This document shows, in pieces, positions 1 through 12,231 of a DNA stretch of 64,000 nt (positions are counted from its first letter, which is position 1; each line of letters opens with the position of its first letter). Made by a program: the position numbers and the translations under genes. Where the stretch lies: contig JAPDFW010000106.1 of NCBI GenBank assembly GCA_028826165.1, positions 124,001 to 188,000 on the forward strand, written 5' to 3'. The DNA comes from Anaeramoeba ignava BMAN. Taxonomy: Eukaryota; Protista; Anaeramoebae. A model generated the notes under the pieces. It did not search any database. It saw only the letters and a program-made list of their open reading frames with translations, and had not been told where the DNA came from.

Positions 1-354
1 AACTTCATAAAGAAAAAAAAAATACTAATAATACTAATAATATTAGAAATGAAAATGAACCAGCAAACATTCCAAATAAACAAACACAAAAAGCTTTACT
101 TTCAAAGTTAAATCTAAATCAAAACTAAATTAAATCAAAAATAAAAAAATTTTTTCCTCATTTTATTTTTCTTTTCTTTTCTTTTTTTGAAATAAAATTT
201 TTTTTATAGATTTATGAGTCCAACAGATAAAATTATGAGTCCAACAACAAACCTTTTAATGAAAAGAAAAAGAGATAAGAAAAAATTACCAATTAGAAAT
301 TTACAAGATCAATTAGAATCAGAATTAAATGAAGAATCAACAAAAAAAAAATAA
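1..354 (+). CDS. 3' part of a small Spo12-like protein (5'-partial; intron 107-209)
   Basis: Joining 3-106 to 210-354 across a GT..AG intron gives ...KALLSKFMSPTDKIMSPTTNLLMKRKR...*. F-x-SPTD-x-x-MSP resembles the Spo12 family motif. Confidence 0.5.
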
Positions 355-541
355 AAGAAAAAAAAAAAGAAAAAAAAAAATTTTTTTTGATTTTGTTTCT
401 TTTGATTTTTTTTTTGATTTTGTTTTAAAAAAAAATAAGTAAAAGTTCACTTTTATTTTCTTCATTTTTCTTCATTTTTTTTCTTTTATTTTCTTTTAAA
501 TTTTTATTTTGAATTATTTTTTTTTTCAATTACAAAAAAAA

Positions 542-2754
542 ATGTCTATTAAGGTTACAAATTCATTAGTAACTCCTTTACTCACAGATAAATATCAACT
601 TACAATGGCATATGCATATTGGAAATCAAAAAAACAAGATCAAAAATCTGTTTTTGATCTATTTTTTCGGGTCAATCCATTTGGCGGCGAATTTACAATT
701 TTTGCAGGATTAAGTGAAGTAATGAAACTACTTCCAAATTTCAAATTTACTGAAGATGAAATTGATTATTTAAAGAAAGATATGGTTGGTTGTGAAGATG
801 GTTTTTTTGATTATCTTCGTTCTGTTGATGCTTCTCAAATTAAACTTTATGCTTTGAATGAAGGCACTCTTTCTTTCCCTAAAATTCCTCTTATTCGTGT
901 TGAAGGTCCTCTCGCTATTTCTCAACTTTTGGAAACTCCTCTTCTTAATCTTATTAATTATCCAAGTCTTCTTGCTACAAATTCTGCAAGAATGAAAATG
1001 GTCAGTGGTCATAAGAAAACTTTATTAGAATTTGGTTGTAGAAGAGCTCAAGGTTTGTGTTTCATTTTTGTTTCAACAATATCAATTTAAAATATTTAAA
1101 ACATTTAAAATATTCAATATATTTTAATATATACAAAATATTCAAAATATTCAAAATATTCAATATATTCAAAATATTTAATATATTCAAAATATTTAAT
1201 ATATTCAAAATATTCAATATATTCAAAATATTCAAAATATTCAATATATTCAAAATATTCAAAATATTTAATATATTCAAAATATTCAATATATTTAATA
1301 TATCCAATATATTCAAAATATCCAATATATTTAAAATATTCAAAATATTCAAAATATTCAAAATATTCAAAATATTTAAAATATTCAAAATATTTAAAAT
1401 ATTCAAAATATTCAAAATATTCAAAATATTCAATATATTCAAAATATTCAAAATATTCAAAATATTCAAAATATTTAATATATTCAAAATATTCAAAATA
1501 TTCAATATATTCAAAATATCCAATATATTCAAAATATCCAAAATATTTAAAATATATTTAAAATATTTAATATATTTAAAAATAAAAAGGACCTGATGGA
1601 GCTATTTCTGCTTCTCGTTATAGTTATATTGGAGGATTTGATGCAACAAGTAATATGGCTGCTGGTAAAATTTTTGGAATTCCTACAAAAGGAACACATG
1701 CACATTCTTTTGTTTCATCCTATCTTACTTTTTCAGATATTAAAAACCCAATACTAAAAGATTCAAAAGGAATTCATGAAGGTTTTCATTTAAAAAATAA
1801 TAATCATTTCCAAATTTAAATATATTTATATTCTTATATTTATTCTAAAAAGTCAATTTTGTTGATTTCGTTCTCCAAACAAGAAAAGAAACAGGATTCA
1901 CTCACACAAATGATAGTGAACTTGCTTCTTTTATTGGATATGCTCTTTCATTTCCTAATGGATTTCTTGCTTTAGTTGATACTTATGATACTCTTTTAAG
2001 CGGTGTTCCAAATTTTCTCACTGTTGCTTATGCTTTGCATAAACTTGGATACAAACCTACAGGAATTAGATTAGATTCAGGAGATCTTGCATACCTTTCC
2101 AAAGAGACACGAAGAATGTTCACAGAATTTGGAAAGAAATTTAATGCAGATTATTTTTCCAAATTAACTATTGTCGCTAGCAATGATCTCAACGAAGAAT
2201 CCATTATTGATCTCAACAAAAATCATCATGAAATTGATGTGTTTGGAATTGGTACACATTTGGTTACTTGCCAAGCACAACCTGCTTTAGGTTGTGTTTA
2301 CAAACTTGTTGAGATTGATGGAATTCCAAGAATCAAGTTGTCAAATCAACTTATAAAGGTTACAATTCCAGGGAAAAAAGAGGCTTATAGACTTTATGGA
2401 AATTCAAGTCGTTCTCCTATTCTTGATGTTCTTGTGAAAACAGATTCTACTCAAAAACCGAAAGTTGGAGAAAGATTTTTGTGTCGAGATCCAAGTCTTG
2501 AATCAAACAGAATGATTTTGAGTCCTTCAAAAGTTGTTCCCCTTCACCATTGTTATTGGGATGGAAAACAAGCAAAAGAAGTTCCTCAAATTGGTTCTGT
2601 TAGAAAATATGTTATTGATCAAATTCATGAAATGAATCCCTCACATTTTGCTCTCAAAAAACCACTTCCTTATAAAGTTACTTTGAGTGATGAACTTTAT
2701 CATTTTCTTCATGATCTTTGGATCAAAGAACAACCTCCTTTAGAAATTAATTAG
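542..2754 (+). CDS. NAPRT: Nicotinate phosphoribosyltransferase (exons 542-1052, 1590-1781, 1853-2754)
   Basis: Motifs [18 protein letters not shown]|[35 protein letters not shown] and GCVYKLV. GT-AG introns 1053-1589 and 1782-1852 restore the frame. Confidence 0.95.
1130..1550. repeat. Intronic 9-bp tandem repeat (AAAATATTC/AATATATTC)n
   Basis: Visible directly; lies within NAPRT intron 1. Confidence 0.9.
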
Positions 2755-2964
2755 AAGATTTTTTTTTTTTTTTTCTTGGGATTGATTTCTTAAAAATTCA
2801 AAATCAAAAATAAAAAAATAATTTGATCAATGAGAAAAAAATTTTTTTTATATGTTCCACTTTTTGTTTTTGTTTTATTCAAATTGAAATTTCAAATGTT
2901 TTTGTTTTTTTCATTTTTTCATTTTTTCATTTTTCATTTTTTCATTTTTCATTTTTTCATTTTT

Positions 2965-4116
2965 ATGAATTTAGTTTTTCTTATTTTGGGTATTTATACA
3001 TTCTTTATTACTCATTCTTATCTTCAAGAACAGTTACTTTCAATAAAATTTGAAGGAGAAGAATATGAGATTTTCGATACATTCTCATTATTTTCAGCTT
3101 TAACAAATTTAATTGTTGGAATAACAGCAAATAAAATTTTAGATAAATTTTTAACCGAAAAAACAACAGCATTAAAAAAAGAAGAAGAAAAAGAAGAAGA
3201 AATTGAAATTGAAATTGAAAAAGAAAAAGAAATTGAAATTGAAATTGAAATTGGGGATAAAAATGAAAATGAAAAAGAAGATGAAAAAGAAAAAGAAAAG
3301 GAAAAGGAAAAGGAAAAAGAACAAGAATTCAAAATAGTATATTTAATAATTCCCGCATTATCATCAGTGATTAGCAGTATTTTTACACATCAAGGAACTT
3401 CTAAAACAAATTTTCCAACTAAAATATTGATTAAATCATGCAAACCATTTTTTTTGTTGATATTTGGGAATTTTTTATTGAAACAACATCATTCTATTTT
3501 TCGAGTTTTGAATTCGATTTTACTTGCTTTTGGAATTCTTTTGTTTTCTATTCAAAAATCAAAACAAAAACAAGTTTTATATTTTAAAGGTGTTGCTTTT
3601 TTAGTTGCTGCTTTGGTTTGTGATTCTTTTACTGGTTTATTTATGGATCATGTTTTTAAGAAACCCAAAAAAAAGCTTTCACCAATTTGGGTTTTAAAAT
3701 GGTTAAATTTTTGGAAAAGCATTTTTTATTTTTTATGTAAATTTAATATTAAAATTGAATTTAAATTTTAAATTTTAAAATTTTAATTTTTAAATATTAT
3801 TTATTTAGGGTTAATTATTTCAATCCAAATTTTTGATGCATTTAATCTTTGTACAAGACATCCAATAATTTTATTCCATATTTTTACTTCAACATTTTCA
3901 ATGGGATTAGGTCAAATTTTTATATTTCAAGCTATTAAACAATTAGGATCTTTTAAACTTTCATTAGTTACAACAACAAGAAAAATATTTACAGTATTTT
4001 TATCTTTATTGACTTTTGGTCATTCTTTTACATTTTATCAACAAATTGGAATTTTATTTGTATTTACCTCTTTAATTACAGACCATTTTCTTTCTCCAAA
4101 AAAGAGGAAGCAATAA
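2965..4116 (+). CDS. Nucleotide-sugar (UAA family, SLC35B1/HUT1-like) transporter; intron 3737-3808
   Basis: Multi-TM protein with motifs FPTKILIKSCKP, LVCDSFTG, GQIFIF and VTTTRKIFTVFLS. Carries an acidic E/K low-complexity insert. Confidence 0.85.
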
Positions 4117-4244
4117 TAGAACATTTTAAAATTAGTTTCAAAATTTTCTTCTTTTTTTTTTTTTATAAAAGAAGAATAAAAACAAAAAATTTTTTTCATT
4201 TTTTTCATTTTTCATTTTTTTACTTTTTCAAATTCTTTTTTTTT

Positions 4245-4871
4245 ATGAAAGCGACAAGAATAGCTGGTTATACATTAATTGCAACTACTTCATTTTTTGT
4301 TTGTTTATCTATAAAGCAAAATTTATGAAAATTAAAATTAAAATTAAAATTAAAATTAAAATTAAAATTATTTGAAATTAAAAATTAGGCATTACTTTCT
4401 TGGGTATTCCCATTTTTATGGCAATATAAATATAAAGACAAAAGTCAAACAATTTTATGTGGAAATTTTCTCTGTATTTGTTCTGGAAGCGATTGTGAAA
4501 AGCACATGTACGACAAAAAAAAACTAGAAGATTGGAAAGAAGTTGATCAAGATGTTTACAACGGATTATGTGTAAATATATTCTGGACATTACTTGGGTT
4601 ATTATCAATGGGAATAGCAGTCTTAATGCTTTGGAAAAATAAACCTAAACTTTATTATCCAATTATTATCGCTGGATGTTCTTTTTTCCTTGGAATAATC
4701 ACTTTTATCGGGCTGTTTCTTAGAAGTGATACTCATAATTTTTTGAAATATAATAAAGATGATGATGTTTTAACTTGGACTTTTTCTGCTTCAACTGCTT
4801 TTGCAATTATTTCTTTCATTTTGATTATTCCAACTCTTTATTTCAGTGTTAATGGAATAAATACTCATTAG
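4245..4871 (+). CDS. Small four-TM membrane protein (claudin/PMP22-like topology); intron 4299-4388
   Basis: The spliced ORF has TM1, a Cys-containing loop (CGNFLCICSGSDC), then three more hydrophobic helices. Confidence 0.6.
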
Positions 4872-5049
4872 TTTGTAATTCTCCTTTTCTTTTCTTTTCT
4901 TTTCTTTGCTTCAAAGTTTCTTATTCTTTATTTTTTTTATTCTTTTGGATTTTCTTTCTAAAAATTTTAATTTTCTTAATTCAATTAAAAATTTCAATTA
5001 AAAATTTTCATTTTTTCTTTCATTTTTTCTTTTTTTTTTTTATAAAAAA

Positions 5050-7863
5050 ATGCAATTCCAAAAATTCACTTTTTATTTTTATTATCCTCATTCACATTTT
5101 GGAGAAATTGTTTATATTTATGGAGACACACCAGAACTTGGTGATTCTGATTATACAAAAGGAATTCCTTTAACAACAACACCAGAAAAGTGAGGAAATA
5201 AAACAAAACAAAACAAAACAAAACAAAAAAACAAAACAAAACAAATTAAATTAAAAAATATTTTTTTGTTTTTAAAGATTTCCTATTTGGGAAACAACAA
5301 TATATCTTCCAATAAATGATATTGTTGGTTATCAATATTTTTTAAAAAAAGATAACAATTTTTCTCCTCTTAGATTGGGTTCTGGTCCTTATATCTATTA
5401 CTCTTCTTATTATTTATATCATTCAACTAAAATTTCTAAAGATAAAAAAGCAGTTTTTGATGAGTTTGGATTTTATCATAATTTAACAAAATATGGTTGG
5501 AAAGTTTTAATTGAACATAATCAATTTCCTCCAGATCAAATTGTACTATATAAATATTATTCATTTGGATATTATTTATATAAACATTATTTATTTAAAT
5601 ATTATTTATTTAAATATTATTTATTTAAATATTATTTATTTAAATATTATTTATTTAAATATTATTTATTTAAATATTATTTATTTAAATATTATTTATT
5701 TAAATATTATCTATTTAAATATTATCTATTTAAATATTATTTATTTAAATATTATTTATTTAAATATTATTTATTTAAATATTATTTATTTAAATATTAT
5801 TTATTTAAATATTATTTATTTAAATATTATCTATTTAAATATTATCTATTTAAATATTATTTATTTAAATATTATTTATTTTAAATATTATCTATTTAAA
5901 TATTATCTATTTAAATATTATCTATTTTAAATATTATCTATTTTAAATATTATTTATTTTAAATATTGTTTTTTTAAATATTTATCTATTTAAATATTAT
6001 TTATCTAAATATTATCTATTTAAAATATTATTTATTTAAATATTATTTATTTAAATATTATTTATTTAAATATTATTTATCTAAATATTATCTATTTAAA
6101 TATTATTTATTTAAACATTATCTATTTAAATATTATTTATTTAAACATTATCTATTTAAACATTATTTATTTAAATATTATTCATTTAAATATTATTTAT
6201 TTAAATATTATTTATTTAAATATTATTTATATAAATATTATTCATTTAAATATTATTTATTTAATTATCTATATAAATATTATTTATTTAAATATTATTC
6301 ATTTTGTTTAAATAGGAATTTTTAAAGCATGTATTCTCTTCAATATCTGATACTGAATTTATTCAAGAAATGATTGAATCCAAAATTGATATCAAAAGTT
6401 ATTCTAATTCTGTAAATAAATATCTGTTTAATATTTATTATTTATTTAATATTTAATATTTAAATAATATTTATTAGGGTTATTCTGCTCTTCATATTAT
6501 GCTTCTTCCTTATACAACTGCATTTAAAGAAAATATTTTTTATTTCCTTATTGAAAAAGGAATAGATATTAATTCTCTCTCTGTAAATTTTCAATTTAAA
6601 TTTAATAATTTTAATCTTTATTTAAATATTTTCTTTTTAGAAAGTAAAATTAATTCAATTTCTTTTTCCAAAAAAATTTTTATTATTAAAATTGTTTTCT
6701 TTCTTAATTTCAATAAAAAGTCTGTAAACAAAAAAATTATCAAATCTTTTTTCCTTAAAATAATTATTCAAATATTTAAATTTTTTAGGGAGAAACACCT
6801 ATTTATCTTTTATGCACTTTAGATAATCCAAATATTGATTGTGTTCAATATTTAATTGAAAAGGGAGCAGATCCAACAATTTATCGAGTAAAATTTAATC
6901 AAATTATTTTTTATTATTTTTTATTATTTTTATTTTTATTTTTATTTTTGGAAATTAAAAATATAGATTGATTATTTATTAGAAAATTTATTGATTTTTC
7001 CATCAAAAGAACCCATTTTTAAATTAATTTTGAATCATTGTTCTTATTCAACTGTATTTTTAAAATAAATAATAAATAAAAAAAAAAAATAATAATAATA
7101 AATAATAAATAATAAAAAATAGATTGAAAAAAAACTACCAAATTTGAAAAATACTTTGACAGAAAAATATATCCGATGCAATTTTCAGTTGACAAAGGAT
7201 ATGAGGAAATTATATCAAAGAGAAGAATTTACAGATTTGATTTATTATGATCAAGAACAAAAAGCACATAAAGTTCATCGATTAATTTTTCAAGCACGAA
7301 ATATTAATTTAGAAAAAATACAAAAAATTTTTTCAAAAATTTCAACAGAAGAATCAACTGAACTTTTGGATTGGATTTACACAGGAAATGTGGGAAATCG
7401 GGATTTGATATTTCGATTAGGGAAAAAATTAGGGGTTTTTGAAAATGAAAAGGAGTTTTTTCTCAAATCTTATAAAGGAGGAATTGTTAAGGATCTTTCA
7501 AAACTATTTTTGGATCGCAAATCAAAAGACTTTGCAATTGTTTGTGGAGAAAATGAAGTTTATTGGACTCACAGATTGATTCTCTGCGCAAGAAGCAAGC
7601 TATTTCGTGGAATGTTTTTGAGTGTTCAAGATGATTCAAAACAAGTTAAAGATTATAGTGGAAAATCACCAATTATTATTTCTTCTTTGATTAAATATTT
7701 TTATACTGATTATTTTGATCAAAATTTGATTAAGAAACATTTCTTTGAATTGAGGGATTGTTCTGATTATTTCTTACTTGGTCAAAATTCAATGTTTAAT
7801 TATTATTTACAAGATTTTTTGAGACAAAATCAAAAATTTATTTCTATGATTAAATCCAATTAA
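5050..7863 (+). CDS. CBM20-like + ankyrin + BTB/POZ protein (multi-exon)
   Basis: N-terminus FGEIVYIYGDTPELG...GIPL...FPIWETTI...YQY is CBM20-like. GYSALHIML and GETPIYLLC...EKGADP are ankyrin repeats. DFAIVC..HRLILCARSKLFRGMF is BTB. Some internal exon boundaries are uncertain. Confidence 0.7.
5550..6300. repeat. Intronic 15-bp tandem repeat (TATTTAAATATTATT)n
   Basis: Visible directly inside the intron at about 5543-6315. Confidence 0.9.
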
Positions 7864-8026
7864 ATCCAATTTAAAAATTTAAAAAATTAAAAATTGATTT
7901 TTCTTCTTGTTTTTCATTAATTAATTAATATTAGTCGAACATATTATTTTTAAAAAAAAAATCAAAGAAAAAAATCAAAGAAAAAATTTGGAAAAAAAAA
8001 GAATGAAAAGAAAAAAAAGAAGAAAA

Positions 8027-11000
8027 TTATTTATAACCTGAAGCATAAGAAATAACACCAATAATTCCACCAAAAACATTTCCCCAAACAATAAGCCAAC
8101 CCAAATGTTTTCGCATAACATCTTCCATAAGTTTCTTAACAACTTGAGGGGTTAATTCTTTAAGTTTTTCAGTCATTAAAGAATCAAGTTCTTTTCTGAC
8201 TCTTGAAATATCAAAAGTTTTAGTAATATCAAAAGTGGAAAGTAATAATGGTGCAATATCAGACCCCATTCCAAGTACAAAGGGTGTTATTAATGGCTTC
8301 AGTGATGATGGATCTATTCCCATCATTGTTAACATTAATCCTTCTGGTCGATCTTTTAATTCTTCTAGTTTTTGATCTATTATTTGACTTACTGCTGGTG
8401 ATTCTAATACTTTTTTGATTTTTTCTTCAAAGTTAATCATTGAAATGAAACTGTTTAATTTTGTAGATATATAATTTTTCAAGTAGGTCTATTACAAATA
8501 AATTTTTAAATATTAATTTTAATATTATAATTTTAATTTTAATTTTAATTTTAATTATAATTATAATTATAATTTTAATTTTAATTTTAATTTTAATTTT
8601 ATAAATGATATTAATTTCAATTTTATAAATGAATTTTAAATTAAATTTTAATTATAATTATAATTATAATTTTAATTATAATTTTGATTTTAATTATAAA
8701 TGAATTTTAATTTTGATTTTGATTTTAATTTTAATTTTAATTTTAAATTTAATTTTATAAATTTAATTTTAATTATAAATGAATTTTAATTTTAATTTTA
8801 TAAATGAATTTTAATTTTAATTCTAATTTTAATTTTAATTTTATAAATGAATTTTAAATTTATAAATGAATTTTAAATTTGATTTCTACTTCATCAAAAA
8901 AAGTCTTCATAATTGTGTTTTTGACTGTTTCTCTAATTTCTTTAAATCTACGAGGAATAATACCAGATCCATATAATCCAGGAATTCTATCAAAAAGCAT
9001 TTTTATAGCAAGCCAATTAGTAATTCCTCCAGCAAAACCGAAAAGGCCAAATGCAAGTATATAATGTCCTGCAGTATTTTGACCTAATAAATTTATAATT
9101 TTATTTTTAATTTTAATTTTAATTTTAATTTTAATTTTAATTATAATTTTAATTTTAATTTTAATTTTAATTTTAATTTTAATTATAATTTTAATTTTAA
9201 TTTTAATTTTAATTTTAATTTTAATTTTAATTTTATAAATTAATTATAATTTTAATTTTAATTTTAATTTTAATTTTAATTTTAATTTTAATTTTAATTT
9301 TAATTTTAATTTTAATTTTAATTCTAATTTTATTTTTAATTTTAAATATTAATTTTAATTATAATTTTAATTTTAATTTTAATTTTAATTTTAATTTTAA
9401 TTCTAATTTTATTTTTAATTTTAAATATTAATTTTAATTTTAATTTTAATTTTAATTTTAATTTTAATTTTAATTTTGATTTTAATTTTAATTTTAATTT
9501 TAATTTTAATTTTAATTATAATTTTAATTTTAATTTTAAATATTAATTTTAATTTTTATCCTCGAAAAATTGAAACAATAAAATTTTATTTTTCAAAAAT
9601 TTAATTAAAGACCCGGAAAAATAAAATTTCATTTTTATTGACGGGGGCGAATTTATTTTCTGCCATTTGGGGAAAATAAAATTTTATTTTTCCAGGTCTT
9701 TTTCCCCTTTTTAAAATTGAAATTTCTCCTTTTTATTTCAAAATAAAATGATATTTGAGAAATTTGGTTTTTTATTGAAAAGTGAGTAAATTCCAAAAAA
9801 TCCTAAAAAAAACCATGAAGAAAATGAAAATGAAGAAAATGAAAATGAAGAAAATGAAAATGAAGAAAATGAAAATGAAGAAAATGAAAATGAAGAAAAT
9901 GAAAATGAAGAAAATGAAAATGAAGAAAATGAAAATGAAGAAAATGAAAATCAGTAAAAATCCAAGAATGAGATCCCAAGCATTCAACCTACTGTTACTT
10001 CTTTTCATCAGGGTTCAAGAATGTTGATTTCCAAGTTGTTGCCATGTCTTTCAATGATCTCTTTCGGTCGTGTACTCCAATGTTGATTGATATAATCGAG
10101 TTTGAGGGATTTCCAATTGAGATCCCATTGGGAAATAAAAGTGGAAGGTTTTGGTTTGAGTTGTTCTCTTTTTGATCTAATTTAAGCTGCAATGCATTAT
10201 CAATTGCTTTTTCTTTCTCTAAACAAACTCTTTTATATAATTGGAGAGATGATTCTGATTTATGCCCACTTTTTAATTTCATAATTTCTTGATCTTGGAT
10301 CCCTTGGTTGTATAGCCTCGATACACAAGTTACACGAAAGGAATGTAGACCAATTTTCTTATTAATATTAACTTTTTTGCATAGCTCTTGTAAATGTCTT
10401 CTCAATGTAGGTGCTTTAATTGCTTGGTTTGTAAGGGGATTTCCTGTAAAGTTTTTCTTTTTGAATGATCTAAAAAGCCGATTGTCTGGATTCGTGGGTA
10501 ACTCTGATCGAAATTTCCAATACTTGCTCAAAATTAAATATGGATCTTTCGGTGAATCTGAAAAAGGAAATAGTTTGACTGTTTTTGGTTCAAAGTTAGT
10601 CACTCCAATTGTTGCCTTATTGTTTTTGCATTCACCTTGTACATACTCTATAAAATCTTGACCATCAATGTGCCCAAAATGAATTTGTGTCAATGCCAGA
10701 TCTGCGATCTCTTGTCCTCTCAAACAAAAATGGATTCCAACTACCATCACCGTTGCAATTGTCAAATGTTTTGGATTTTCTAACCTTAGATATTCCATCA
10801 ATTTAGTTTGTTCAGCTTCTTTCAAATCTTGATAATGCGAAGTAAAACAGTTTCCAGCTGCAATAATTTCTTTTAACCGGTTTTCTACGGTGTTCTTGAT
10901 GTCCTCAAATTCAGAATTTTTAAATCTACGCTAATTAATTTCTTTTGATTCAAATACGATAAAAGGTTTGAGCAATAGGACCGATAAGTTTTAAGTTTGT

Positions 11001-12113
11001 ATTCCTTTCCGTTACTCCTTTTTAATTGAATAAAAAATCGACAGATGGTGTCTTTGAGATCTATTTCTTCGAAAGTAACATTCTCAGCTTTCAAAAATCT
11101 TTTTCCCATTTCTTTCCCATAACAGAAATCGATTTTTGTGTATTTAAAGGATTTTTTTTTTTTTGTACTCCCTCAACAGATGTCATAAGAGACGAATGAA
11201 AATCAAAAAAAAATTTTTTTTCTTTTGAATCCCGAATTAGAAAAATTTTTCTTAAATAGTTTTCTTAAATTTTTTTTTTCTCCTTTTTCGATTTTTCTCC
11301 TTTTTATTTTTATTTTTATTTTTATTTTTGGATCAGATCAATTTTTTGAGGATAAAAATACTATTTGCCCTCATTCGGAAAAATAAAATCATTTTTGAAT
11401 CTCGATTTTTAGCTAAACCATCCGCTCGCCAGGGCTCGCTAAGATAATTTTGGCTCGTAAACGAGCCACCGCTAAAAATCTCGATTGCAAAAATAAAATT
11501 TTATTTTTCCAAATTTGAGCAAATAGTTTATCTTAATTTTAATTTTATTTTTAATTTTAATTTTAATTTTATAAATTAATTTTAATTTTAATTTTAAATA
11601 TAATTTTAATTTTAATTTTAATTTTAATTTTAATTTTAATTTTAATTTTAATTTTAAATATTAATTTTAATTTTAAATATTAATTTTAATTTTAATTATA
11701 ATTTTAATTTTAATTATAATTTTAATTTTAATTTTAATATTATAAATGAATTTTAATTTCAATTTTATTTTCAATTTTAATTTTAATTTTAATTTTTTGT
11801 TACTTTTTTTTGATTTATTTGTATTAGTGAGAATTAAACCAAGAACCATAATTAAAAAAGTAGTAAAATTGCTCATAAATCCTTTATTAAAACGAGGATA
11901 AATAAAACGTTGAGCACAAGTTTTTTTCTCTTGATTTGTTTGTAAATTTTTTAAAGGGTTTGAAATATCTTCTTTATTATCTTCTTTATTATCTTCTTTT
12001 GCCTTTTCATCATCATCTTGATTATCTTGAGATTCTAAATCTATTTCTGAATTTTTTTTATCATCTTTTTCTTTAGGATCAAGATTGTCACTTGATAAAT
12101 TGTGTTCAGACAT
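8027..12113 (-). CDS. DUF445-like membrane protein (exons 12113-11804, 9083-8890, 8488-8027)
   Basis: The spliced product contains FGFAGGITNWLAIKMLFDRIPGLYGSGIIP and ends MRKHLGWLIVWGNVFGGIIG. GT-AG introns at 11803-9084 and 8889-8489. Confidence 0.8.
9817..9951. repeat. 15-bp tandem repeat (GAAGAAAATGAAAAT)x~9 inside the element, downstream of the YR stop
   Basis: Visible directly. Confidence 0.9.
9995..11186 (-). pseudogene. Tyrosine recombinase (Crypton/DUF3504-like), ~397 aa when two 1-nt frameshifts are corrected
   Basis: Catalytic motifs HFCLRGQE (R), CKNN (K), HSFR (HxxR), SGHKS (H) and LQLY (Y) are all present. N-terminal segments NTQKS..KW and NGKEYKLKTY lie in upstream frames, broken at A5 runs (11100-11104 and 10917-10921). 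Confidence 0.8.
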
Positions 12114-12231
12114 TTTTTTAAAAAAAAAAATTAATTAATAATAAAAAAAATGAAAAAGAAAAAAAATGAAAAAAAAATAAAAAAAAAATTAAATAAAAAA
12201 AATTTTTTTTAATCAAATCAATAATAATAAA

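Larger units (their letters stand above)
9555..11532 (-). mobile_element. Crypton-like tyrosine-recombinase DNA element inserted in intron 1 of the DUF445-like gene
   Basis: A non-microsatellite block interrupts a (TTTTAA)n intron. It is bounded by TTTATC at 9555-9560 and 11527-11532, encodes a single YR gene and has structured ends. Confidence 0.8.

Noticed and set aside
1057-1596. ORFs of IFK/ILN repeats, and similar ones at 5511, 43296, 47600-48178, 54051-54894, 55894-58611 and 63616
   Set aside because: They are translations of stop-free microsatellites in introns, or antisense/alternative frames of QN tracts.
9772-10027. KKMKM / FIFFI ORFs as a second element gene
   Set aside because: They derive entirely from the 15-bp tandem repeat and have non-ATG starts.
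9995-10825. Prophage/bacterial integrase or contamination
   Set aside because: No phage genes are present, the ORF sits inside a spliceosomal intron with a host-type TTCATT motif upstream, and its motifs resemble eukaryotic Crypton/DUF3504 YRs.
9555-11532. Autonomous DIRS retrotransposon
   Set aside because: There is no gag, RT or RNase H coding capacity in 2 kb and no long terminal repeats; only the ICR-like geometry is shared.
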